DNA of 64,000 nucleotides from a virus. The translations under genes were made by a program, and so were the position numbers. Below the pieces are notes generated by a model, which was given only the letters and a program-made list of their open reading frames with translations, was not told the origin of the DNA and made no database searches. The DNA lies in the IMG/VR virus record IMGVR_UViG_3300028840_003497, positions 32,001 through 96,000 of that record; one strand, given 5' to 3'. Below are positions 56,305-63,885 of this stretch, in pieces (the first letter of the stretch is position 1; each line of letters starts with the position of its first letter).

Positions 56305-58499
56305 TACTCCTCCGCGTCTATGCCCTCCAGCATATACTTCATAAGAACCTTCTTCATTTTATCGAACACCTCTGGATTCTCAATTCTCGCGAGCGCCGAA
56401 CCCTTTTTCTGGAACTCCTCGTCACCTACAAACCATGTTTTTTTACTACCATCCTTCTTCTCACGAAAGAGGCCGTACTTCATGGCCTGATCAAGCACGT
56501 ATTTTAATTCCTCTACCATCCCCTGTCGAGCCCCGACAACACGCATAACGTAACTACCGGTAGCCTGCGAAGCCGCAGTCTTGTTCTTGATAATCTTAAA
56601 GTTCATCTGAACTTCCTTGCCAACCTCCAGTTGAAAGTTTTTCTTAAGATCTGAGTCAAACGTCTCCTTCTCCCAATTCGACGGCCACATCGAAACGATC
56701 ACTGAGGATCCAAACTTCTGCCCCATCCCAGCTGGCATGATGCTCCCTGGGCCAAACTTCGCCATCGACATACGCTCCTGGTTGATCCATATTTGTGTAA
56801 CAAGCTTTCCAAAATCACGTTTCACATCAATAACTGACGCCGTAACCTTTCTCACGAATTTATTAATCAGCTTGGCCTGCGCCGCTCTCTGCTCGTCCTC
56901 CGTGCTTGCCTCCACCTCGATGCTCGGTGTCATCGCCGCTACCGAATCCAAGATAAAGAGATCAATCGCTCCAGTTCTCATCATTTCGTCGTAGAGGTCG
57001 ATTCCCTCCTCTGCCGTCGAAGGGTCAACGACAAGCAGAAGCCGCGTATCCACTCCAACGCGCTTAGCCCATGCAAGATCTAGGGTACCCTCGTGATCGA
57101 AGAACGCAACTCGAAACTCCTCGTAACTGTTTTCCTCGTACCGCTTGATGCGCTCCTTGAACGCAGTGGTCTTTTTATTCTTGGTCTTTCCGGTTTTCTC
57201 GTCGGTGACCTCGACCTCGATCTGCTTATGAGTCCCTTTCTCCCGGTTGGAGAAATCCTCCGGATACGGTACCGGCTTGAAGATTCCATTTTTATAACAG
57301 TCGCATGTTCCATGCGCCTCGTATTCAATCTCTCCTGTGTCCTCGTCAAAGCCGGTCTCCACAACCGTAATGTCATCGACGAACCGAAGGCAATTCGCAC
57401 ACAGCTTCTGAGCTATGGCACCAACGCGAAGCGCCTGCGTAGTCTTCCCAGAATTATGAACAACCAGACCATTAGCCACGTAATTATTATAGGGATATGC
57501 ACACTTGAGATCATAGGTTTCAAACTCACCCACTCTCTCGATTTTAGTAATTTCAGACTCGGCAACAACAAAACTCAAATTAGCCAGTCGATCCACTATG
57601 TGCAACGCCCCATGCTCGGACGGATCAATCAACCTAAGATTGTCAATACCATTATTATTGAAATCCTCATCCTCATGATGAACATGAATATGATCAGGAA
57701 GAACAACCAATCCATCGATCTCTGTTTTGGATTTTGTATTTAAGAAATCACGATATTTCTCAAAAGACATGCCATTCAAAAACGCCTCATATACCATCCT
57801 GGACTTCTGGATACGACGGTATGGATAATCCTTGCCCATCTTGGAACAATGAACAATCTTCACGGGAGCAATCGGGTGATACTTGACACATACACCATTC
57901 CTCGTTGTCGCTTTTTTTCTACCAACTTTTCTTGTATTATTATGCACAAAAACTTTCGAACCAACCTTTAATTCACCCAATGGACTAAACCCATCTGGCG
58001 TCATATATTTGTGATCCATTGTGCTTATCAAAAATTCCCCTGTTGACACCTCAACTCGATAGCACATTTTAACACCTGTCCTGACCACATCCAACACCTT
58101 GTTTCTCACAATACAACCATCGTGGTTCACGGACTTCACATAAAAATCAACATCCCCCCTCAGTGCAACCTTGCCGCGCATGTCCGATGCATCCACAAGT
58201 TCACCACTGAACCTCTCGTATAACCTCCGAATCGTGCCCCCTTTTTTGTTTACTACCTCCCCATCCATGGAAACAACATCATATCTCAAAAAACTATCTC
58301 CAGAGATGCACGACTCAGCACCACGAAAAATAGTCAACCTGCCAACAGGGACACCACCACCAAGAGCTACGTCAAAATTCAAGCTACCGGTCAGAAGACG
58401 ATCCATGTCATGAGGCTTCATATTAGCAGCCAACCCAATGGTTCGACCGAGCTTGTTGTTGACGGATTTTTTGAACGCTTTCAGTATCTTACCACGCAT
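56304..58499 (-). CDS. recA: RecA/UvsX recombinase with P-loop intein and Cys-containing insertion (spliced ~445 aa)
   Basis: TGSL.FD.ALGGG.P.GR, GAES|SGKTT, FFD.EG.LD..WA...GVD, LDSVAAM.P..E, A.QA.L, INQ.R. Confidence 0.92.
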   Translation of the reverse strand: MRGKILKAFKKSVNNKLGRTIGLAANMKPHDMDRLLTGSLNFDVALGGGVPVGRLTIFRGAESCISGDSFLRYDVVSMDGEVVNKKGGTIRRLYERFSGELVDASDMRGKVALRGDVDFYVKSVNHDGCIVRNKVLDVVRTGVKMCYRVEVSTGEFLISTMDHKYMTPDGFSPLGELKVGSKVFVHNNTRKVGRKKATTRNGVCVKYHPIAPVKIVHCSKMGKDYPYRRIQKSRMVYEAFLNGMSFEKYRDFLNTKSKTEIDGLVVLPDHIHVHHEDEDFNNNGIDNLRLIDPSEHGALHIVDRLANLSFVVAESEITKIERVGEFETYDLKCAYPYNNYVANGLVVHNSGKTTQALRVGAIAQKLCANCLRFVDDITVVETGFDEDTGEIEYEAHGTCDCYKNGIFKPVPYPEDFSNREKGTHKQIEVEVTDEKTGKTKNKKTTAFKERIKRYEENSYEEFRVAFFDHEGTLDLAWAKRVGVDTRLLLVVDPSTAEEGIDLYDEMMRTGAIDLFILDSVAAMTPSIEVEASTEDEQRAAQAKLINKFVRKVTASVIDVKRDFGKLVTQIWINQERMSMAKFGPGSIMPAGMGQKFGSSVIVSMWPSNWEKETFDSDLKKNFQLEVGKEVQMNFKIIKNKTAASQATGSYVMRVVGARQGMVEELKYVLDQAMKYGLFREKKDGSKKTWFVGDEEFQKKGSALARIENPEVFDKMKKVLMKYMLEGIDAEE
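57453..58310 (-). mobile_element. Intein in RecA Walker A (286 aa) with HNH endonuclease
   Basis: GAES|CISGDS...TMDHKY...HVHHEDEDFNNNGIDNL...EH...H...TYDL...VVHN|SGKT. Confidence 0.92.
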
Positions 58500-58526
58500 T
58501 ACAACTCCTCCGTTTTGGGGAAAACC

Positions 58527-58556
58527 ATCTTACCTCCATGGGCTGTGTTTTAGCAA
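58527..58556 (-). promoter_or_regulatory. Possible sigma70-like promoter for recA
   Basis: TTGCTA-18 nt-TAAGAT in an intergenic gap with AT-rich upstream sequence. Confidence 0.4.
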
Positions 58557-58590
58557 GAAAATGATAAATAGAATTGGTCATAAATGATTG

Positions 58591-59574
58591 TCAGACCTTT
58601 ACACAAACCGACAAGTATGGCGCTGTCTTTGCCGCTTCGGACAAGACCATCTGGCCTGCCATAGCAGTCGAGCCTGGCGACCCGACCGTCAAAAACTTGT
58701 AGCCCTGCATCTGATCGTCGACGGTTCCGAGCAAGAACTTATCCTCGCGCAACTTTCCGACCAGCCGTTTGGTCCTGTCCTCGGCCACGCGCATCGACGC
58801 CTGCAACGCCGCACGAATACCGTCAAGGCTCTTTTCTTCGATCTCCAAAGGCCCCCTACCCGGCTGCGACTCTCCGGCGTACCGAATCGCAAACGATCCG
58901 TAGCACACTCGAACCAGCGGGTTCCACAGGGCCTTCCAGAATTCGACCGTAGGAGCCATCTCGACACCAACAAGCTTCCCGTTGACCAGAATTACCGCAC
59001 CGATCTGATTAGGCACCAGTTCAAACTCAGCAACGAACTCGTCAAGCTGCTTTGAATAATTATTCAGAAACAGGACAAGGTTCGAGGATCCGTGTGAGAG
59101 ACCATACCCATGGATAAACTCACCTATGGCACCCCACAGCTTGTTGTACTGCTTCTGCTTCCGCATGGCGAGAGCACTCGCACGCAACTGCGCCGGAAGA
59201 ATGAGCATATCGTGATCACCGTGAGAGATCAGACCTCCCTGGCTCTGCTGGATACACATCGCTGTGTCGATTCGCTTGGACGAGTTCCCATCCACAAATC
59301 CACCACTCCCCAGCGCGTGATCCTGCGCGGCCTGCTTAACAACCCAACCAGCCCCTGTCGGGATGATCGTCGGATTCTCACCAGGATGACGCAAATCTAC
59401 GGTACCATAATCGGATGTTCCGACACTTATTCCGCTGGGAGGATCGAAACTATCGTCCTGTACTCCACCCTCGTCAACCAGCGGAATCACCTCCATGTTT
59501 CCTACGCTCTGAGAACGCCCATGTCCGACTCCGAACAGGATGTCTTCCATCGATACGCTTTGACGTGTCGTCAT
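58591..59574 (-). CDS. ARPP-like (DUF6569-type) protein
   Basis: G..Q.VGNM.VIPL, Y..V.L, K.AAQD, CIQ.SQ, LW..I, EFE.VP.Q.GAV.L.NG..VG.E..P...FW; ATGA overlap with the upstream vWA gene. Confidence 0.55.
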   Translation of the reverse strand: MTTRQSVSMEDILFGVGHGRSQSVGNMEVIPLVDEGGVQDDSFDPPSGISVGTSDYGTVDLRHPGENPTIIPTGAGWVVKQAAQDHALGSGGFVDGNSSKRIDTAMCIQQSQGGLISHGDHDMLILPAQLRASALAMRKQKQYNKLWGAIGEFIHGYGLSHGSSNLVLFLNNYSKQLDEFVAEFELVPNQIGAVILVNGKLVGVEMAPTVEFWKALWNPLVRVCYGSFAIRYAGESQPGRGPLEIEEKSLDGIRAALQASMRVAEDRTKRLVGKLREDKFLLGTVDDQMQGYKFLTVGSPGSTAMAGQMVLSEAAKTAPYLSVCVKV

Positions 59575-61175
59575 GACTCACCTCCAATCAGGGCTAGACT
59601 CTCGATGGTCGAGCCCTTCAAAGCATTCCTGACCAGGGTGTTAATGCCTGTCTCTGGATCCGTCTCCAACAGCCCGCGCAACATAGTCGTTGCGAGCGCC
59701 GCCGGGGTCCTCACCGGCATCGTAGTTGCACCCTCGATCTTATCACATAATTGCCGCACTGCGCCTCCCTCGGCAGCGAACACCGGGTTCATATGAAACA
59801 CTGGTGTCTTGATCCCGACACCACGAGCCGCCACCAGAACATCCTGGAAGCGCCCTGCAGGCGCGTTCTCGTACCCGTCCGACAGGACGTAAACCACCTC
59901 GGGCTCTCGCCCCAGAACGGCCAGGAGACCCTCAGCAAGCGAAGTGTCTCCTTGCGGCCTAACGATCCGATGATCCTCTCCAAGAACCCCTCCGCAGTAC
60001 ACAACCTCGCACTGAGACGCCGTCTTCTCCAGCATATCCCGCAGCGCCAGAGTGGCAGCCAACGGACGCAGATGCTGAGTCCTGTCCCCAGCCATAGATG
60101 CCGAACCGTCAACCACAATACCTACTCGATCATATTTGACCGGCAGAGCAGCCGCAGCAGCCTCCGCCTTCGTATCCAACGCATCGAACACCTTCTTGTC
60201 CGCTCCGTTTTCGAAAGCATATATGTATAAATCCACCGGATCGTACCGGGTGGGATCCATCTTAACTTCGACACCAGCAGCCTTGGCCCGCTTCTGAACC
60301 GTCCTACGCTCACCAGTTGTCATCGTGCCAGACGCAGCCTTCACCTTCAGAATATCCTCCGGCTTCACGCCCGGGTGGTACATGCTCCGAATACCCTCCA
60401 ACACCTCGGTCGGCAACTTCTCACCAGCCTTTATATCTATCTTCGCGTCCACGAATGCCTGGAACAACCGGATTGAAAGATCGACCCGCTTCCCGCTCAG
60501 AAAGGCCAAACACTCAACTACATACGGTTCCTTGTTCAATCCACGAAACTTGAACACGTGATCCTTGAAAATCGCTTTTTCCTTCGCCGTCCAGCGACGC
60601 CGATCCTTCTGAGCAATCGAACCGATGATACTGAACCGACGCTGCCCCCACGCATGCGCGAGTGCCCGTGCCATTTTGCCCCGGTACTTGAGCGTCCAAA
60701 GATCGAGCCGCTTCGCACCAATCAGCGAGGACAGAATAAGCTTCCGCGTCCTGGCATTGTTCGCCTTCGTGACGCCAAATTCATCTCCCTGTCCACGAAA
60801 CGCATCGAACAAACGAAACATCCTCGGTGCCGGAAGGTGATCGACCAAATGGACTAGTACTTCCCTCTCCAACTTCGGATTCAGAAAAACATCCGCATCT
60901 GGAGTACGCGGATTCGAAAGCAGCCTCCCAATTCCAATCTGACGGGCGTGGTCGGCCACCCCTGGCAGCAACAACATCGCCAAGTAAATGTCCCGGCTCA
61001 TCACGAACAACTCGCCGTGGACCGCCATCTCGGCAGCCTTCTGTTCTTCTTTCGTGTTGTAATGGGTCGCCCGGCCAAACGAAGTAGTCGCCGTGTCCAG
61101 AAAATTACACACTTTCTGGCTCGCCTCGACCGGCTGAATTTCATTCCCGCTTTTCCACAATGTGACGCTATTCAT
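59571..61175 (-). CDS. Ro60/TROVE-like helical domain plus C-terminal vWA protein
   Basis: Basic all-helical N-terminal ~345 aa; vWA MIDAS VVDGSASM, GDTSL, VLSDGYEN; GGAGG RBS. The vWA call is firm; TROVE is inferred from architecture and the neighbouring RNAs. Confidence 0.6.
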   Translation of the reverse strand: MNSVTLWKSGNEIQPVEASQKVCNFLDTATTSFGRATHYNTKEEQKAAEMAVHGELFVMSRDIYLAMLLLPGVADHARQIGIGRLLSNPRTPDADVFLNPKLEREVLVHLVDHLPAPRMFRLFDAFRGQGDEFGVTKANNARTRKLILSSLIGAKRLDLWTLKYRGKMARALAHAWGQRRFSIIGSIAQKDRRRWTAKEKAIFKDHVFKFRGLNKEPYVVECLAFLSGKRVDLSIRLFQAFVDAKIDIKAGEKLPTEVLEGIRSMYHPGVKPEDILKVKAASGTMTTGERRTVQKRAKAAGVEVKMDPTRYDPVDLYIYAFENGADKKVFDALDTKAEAAAAALPVKYDRVGIVVDGSASMAGDRTQHLRPLAATLALRDMLEKTASQCEVVYCGGVLGEDHRIVRPQGDTSLAEGLLAVLGREPEVVYVLSDGYENAPAGRFQDVLVAARGVGIKTPVFHMNPVFAAEGGAVRQLCDKIEGATTMPVRTPAALATTMLRGLLETDPETGINTLVRNALKGSTIESLALIGGES

Positions 61176-61214
61176 AACGCACCTCCAGCTCTGAAACTGT
61201 CATCAGATGTTGTG

Positions 61215-61300
61215 GGGATTGATAAATCCGAGGGAGCGTGGAAGTCGATCTATGTTTTAATGTAACTGAAACGACTTCTCAGTCCTCGAACGTTTAATCA
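61215..61300 (-). ncRNA. Structured RNA 2 (Y-RNA-like hairpin, no tRNA module)
   Basis: UUCGAGG/CCUCGGA stem, internal loop ACUGA/CACGCUC, GAAGUCG/CGACUUC stem, apical region UUUCAG-UUACAUUAAAACAUAGA; shares motifs with RNA 1. Confidence 0.55.
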
Positions 61301-61301
61301 G

Positions 61302-61436
61302 AAAAAAAGCGCCGAGAGAGTGGGTGAGGCATTGTGGTTGACAAAACAAGATTTGAACTTGCTACTGTCGGATTTAATGTCCGATGCTCTACCAAATGAG
61401 CTATTCGCCTGAAATGTCTCTCTAGTCCTCAGCGCC
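61302..61436 (-). ncRNA. Structured RNA 1: tRNA mimic (anticodon UUA, 61335-61410) inside a Y-RNA-like closing stem, ending in U7
   Basis: GCGCUGAG/CUCGGCGC terminal stem; cloverleaf GGCGAA-UA-GCUC AUUUGGUA GAGC-A-UCGGA CAUUAAA UCCGA-CAGUA-GCAAG UUCAAAU CUUGU-UUUGUC-AA-CCA. Confidence 0.75.
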
Positions 61437-61441
61437 TGGGG

Positions 61442-61470
61442 AATCTAACTCCGCCCACAGCATTTGTCAA
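61442..61470 (-). promoter_or_regulatory. sigma70 promoter driving the ncRNA/TROVE-like operon
   Basis: TTGACA-17 nt-TAGATT with A-rich UP element at 61474-61488; predicted +1 near 61436 coincides with the 5' end of the RNA 1 stem. Confidence 0.75.
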
Positions 61471-61521
61471 CATGTTTTTTTGTTTTTTCTCCTAATCAAC
61501 TGAGCGCACGCTCTCCGCTCA

Positions 61522-62550
61522 TCATCCAGCCTTCCAACTCTTCGACATCTTCAACAGGGCTTTAGCATCAGCCTTCCCCTCCGGGGTGAGCCTGTGCATG
61601 TGTTTGTCCAGAAAGTCTTTCAATATCGAATTCGGTTTCTTCTTTCGGACAAGGCTAAACTTCAGTTTTGCCACCCGATTCTGATTCACCGGCATCTCCA
61701 TCAATTTATCAGTAACCCTCTGTGGAGCTTGGATCGCGCCAGACCGAAAAACAACCTGGCCACTAACCATCGAAGGCTTGAATTTCTTCGCGATCCGCAT
61801 GGGCACTTTGTCCATGTACCCAGCGTCCTTGGCAACCACATCCTTGACCTTCAACTTATCCCAACTCTCCAAAATCTTGGACGCCGTGTACACCACATCG
61901 AAATCCCTCGGAACCTTCCGATCCCGGTCCAACTCGATAAATTCCGGCTTGAAGTTGTACGCATACTGCAGCCCATCCACCACCGACACAAAGTGGCCTC
62001 CGACGTAGACCTCACCCCTGGGTCGATCCAAAACATCTCCGTATTCGGTCGAGTGCAAAACGTCAATTTCAGGATCCAACTGCTTCTCCCTGTAGACTAT
62101 GAAATCATTACGAGGAACCTGAAACTCAATCTCGAATCCATGCAAAGTATGATCCATATCATAGACCCTGTACCCGAAACACTCGCCGAGATACGGATCG
62201 TCGTAGAACATACCGGCCAGCTTTGTGGACCCGTACCGAATAATAACATTGCAATCGTTCCGCAACAGAACCATGGAGGCCATCTTGAGACCCTCACCAT
62301 GCTTCCCGACGGCACTCGCATCTCCGCGCTTCCCGGATTCTCCGATCTTCATAAACCCGTGATCGTCAGGCAAATAGTCGTTTATCATCTTGACGCTGCA
62401 CAGTTTTGGATCCCCATCGACATCATTAACCCTCTGATCGAACGATCCAAAGTCCATAAAGTTCTGGTTAATCTCCCGAAGTGCCTCAGAAAAACCCCAG
62501 TCGGGGAGGTAGTTCCTGCTCATCCCGTACTTTATAACGTGATCATCCAA
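61522..62550 (-). CDS. GHKL (HSP90/MutL-like) ATPase
   Basis: Y..DWG..EALREI.QN..D, IG.S.K......GKHGEGLK.A..VL.R; TTG start after AAGGAG. Confidence 0.8.
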   Translation of the reverse strand: MDDHVIKYGMSRNYLPDWGFSEALREINQNFMDFGSFDQRVNDVDGDPKLCSVKMINDYLPDDHGFMKIGESGKRGDASAVGKHGEGLKMASMVLLRNDCNVIIRYGSTKLAGMFYDDPYLGECFGYRVYDMDHTLHGFEIEFQVPRNDFIVYREKQLDPEIDVLHSTEYGDVLDRPRGEVYVGGHFVSVVDGLQYAYNFKPEFIELDRDRKVPRDFDVVYTASKILESWDKLKVKDVVAKDAGYMDKVPMRIAKKFKPSMVSGQVVFRSGAIQAPQRVTDKLMEMPVNQNRVAKLKFSLVRKKKPNSILKDFLDKHMHRLTPEGKADAKALLKMSKSWKAG

Positions 62551-62554
62551 AGTC

Positions 62555-62890
62555 CTACTCCTTGTCAATACTGATCTCGGTGATCCGATCCTTGGACGCC
62601 TTGATCTTGAGAAAAACCAACCCGTCCCGGATACCTGCCTTGATCGTCCGCAGGTCGAACTGCGGAGAAACCGATATCTTCTCCGTAATGGAGAGGTCAA
62701 CCTTCTCCTCAAACTCCTCGGGAAGATCCGGAACACCGACCTCTAAATGGATCGTTCCACCACAAACCTCACTCGTCTTCGGACCGACATCCGTGTGAAT
62801 CGTCGTGTTGTCCTTGGTCGCTCCAGGCGCGGCCACCATAATTGTCAGCTCCTTGAGAGTCTCCACCCTCACCACATTGCTGTCGCTCAT
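62555..62890 (-). CDS. Small heat-shock protein (Hsp20/alpha-crystallin)
   Basis: ET.KEL.I.V..PG..K, D...IKA...DGL..L.I, C-terminal ISI motif; AAAGGAG RBS. Confidence 0.65.
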   Translation of the reverse strand: MSDSNVVRVETLKELTIMVAAPGATKDNTTIHTDVGPKTSEVCGGTIHLEVGVPDLPEEFEEKVDLSITEKISVSPQFDLRTIKAGIRDGLVFLKIKASKDRITEISIDKE

Positions 62891-63009
62891 CTTTTTCTCC
62901 TTTGGAAACGTTTTGTTTTCGTAGTCAATTGATTCATGATCATATCGCGGCATCTCACCGCGCCTCTTTGTATCCAGCCAGCAGTATCTCACTGCGATCT
63001 ACAACGGTC

Positions 63010-63037
63010 ATGTTACTCACATGCGGGAGTTTGTCAA
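63010..63037 (-). promoter_or_regulatory. sigma70-like promoter upstream of the Hsp20/GHKL genes
   Basis: TTGACA-16 nt-TAACAT. Confidence 0.5.
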
Positions 63038-63038
63038 C

Positions 63039-63605
63039 CTATTTTATAACTGCCGTCAACTCAGGCGTCAACTCCTCGTATTCAATCTCACAGCAATCAA
63101 ACGCTCCGCATTTCGGACACACCCTGTCCGACCAAGTATCGTCGTCAATTTCATCCGAATCCAACTCCGAATGATCAAACCGCTCGTGGCATTCTTTACA
63201 CTCCACAACCGCCTGAACGTATTGAAACAGGAAATCAGGATCCGGAGTCATCGTCCGGCACATATTCACTGTCTGCTCCAGTTTAGATTCGATTGACATG
63301 TAGATCATGTGTGGATCGTTGTCGATCTCCCTCTTGATCCGATCACAGATTTCATTGGCATCGATCCAAGAGCCCAAACCCGCATCAATGTTAACAATTA
63401 AATTCTCGCACCCGTAGGATTTCATACAACACTCCTCGTATTCCATCAACTTGATAAGATGCTCAGCCTTCTCTTGCGCCTTGTCTGAACAGCATCCGAA
63501 CCGAACCGAAATTGAACCATGCTGCACCCCGGGAACAAGAAATTCCGTACGCCCGGCAGTCGGGTTCTTACGAATCGAAAAACGATCGATTTTAACTAGT
63601 GTCAT
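63039..63605 (-). CDS. Hypothetical protein with C-terminal Zn ribbon
   Basis: AGGAGG RBS before MTLVKID; CKEC...CPKC. Confidence 0.6.
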   Translation of the reverse strand: MTLVKIDRFSIRKNPTAGRTEFLVPGVQHGSISVRFGCCSDKAQEKAEHLIKLMEYEECCMKSYGCENLIVNIDAGLGSWIDANEICDRIKREIDNDPHMIYMSIESKLEQTVNMCRTMTPDPDFLFQYVQAVVECKECHERFDHSELDSDEIDDDTWSDRVCPKCGAFDCCEIEYEELTPELTAVIK

Positions 63606-63640
63606 TGCAACCTCCTGCGCCATCATTAGCGCCATCTTTG

Positions 63641-63716
63641 TGCACTGAGTTGGAATTGAACCAACGACCTGTCGATTATCGATCGACTGCTCTAAACCTA
63701 TCTGAGCTACCAGTGC
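63641..63716 (-). tRNA. tRNA-Ile(GAT), atypical U32-C33, CCA not encoded
   Basis: GCACTGG TA GCTC AGATAGGTTTA GAGC A GTCGA TCGATAA TCGAC AGGTC GTTGG TTCAATT CCAAC TCAGTGC A. Confidence 0.85.
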
Positions 63717-63885
63717 ATTCTGCCAAATCCTCTGCCAAATCACGACGCTGAAACTGCCTCCGCTTGTAGTCTGAAAACGCCTCTGACCCTTGCGCGTTTT
63801 TCCCGACACCATTGATCTTCCAAGGCTTGCACTGTTTGCATCCAGCTCGTTGATTTCTTGGCCTACGCCTCTTGTGGTGTGACAT
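63676..63885 (-). CDS. Small basic protein (HHKRRRP..RAGC..CKP.K), overlapping the tRNA 5' half
   Basis: AAGGAG RBS; CxxC motif. Confidence 0.5.
   Translation of the reverse strand: MSHHKRRRPRNQRAGCKQCKPWKINGVGKNAQGSEAFSDYKRRQFQRRDLAEDLAECTGSSDRFRAVDR

Noticed and set aside
61335-61410. Ochre suppressor tRNA implying stop-codon recoding
   Set aside because: TAA terminates conserved genes at expected positions (e.g. terminase at 15751), genes are not fragmented under code 11, and the RNA has A33 and a 1:72 mismatch
78-63648. Many long plus-strand ORFs (e.g. 6938-8158, 13294-14313, 14962-16026, 45496-46455, 61594-62574)
   Set aside because: They are antisense shadows of well-supported minus-strand genes, with no recognisable motifs or RBS
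62551-63812. Extended ORF-track starts (62736, 62992, 63812) for the GHKL, Hsp20 and hypothetical genes
   Set aside because: The extensions overlap other genes or the tRNA, and strong RBSs support the shorter starts
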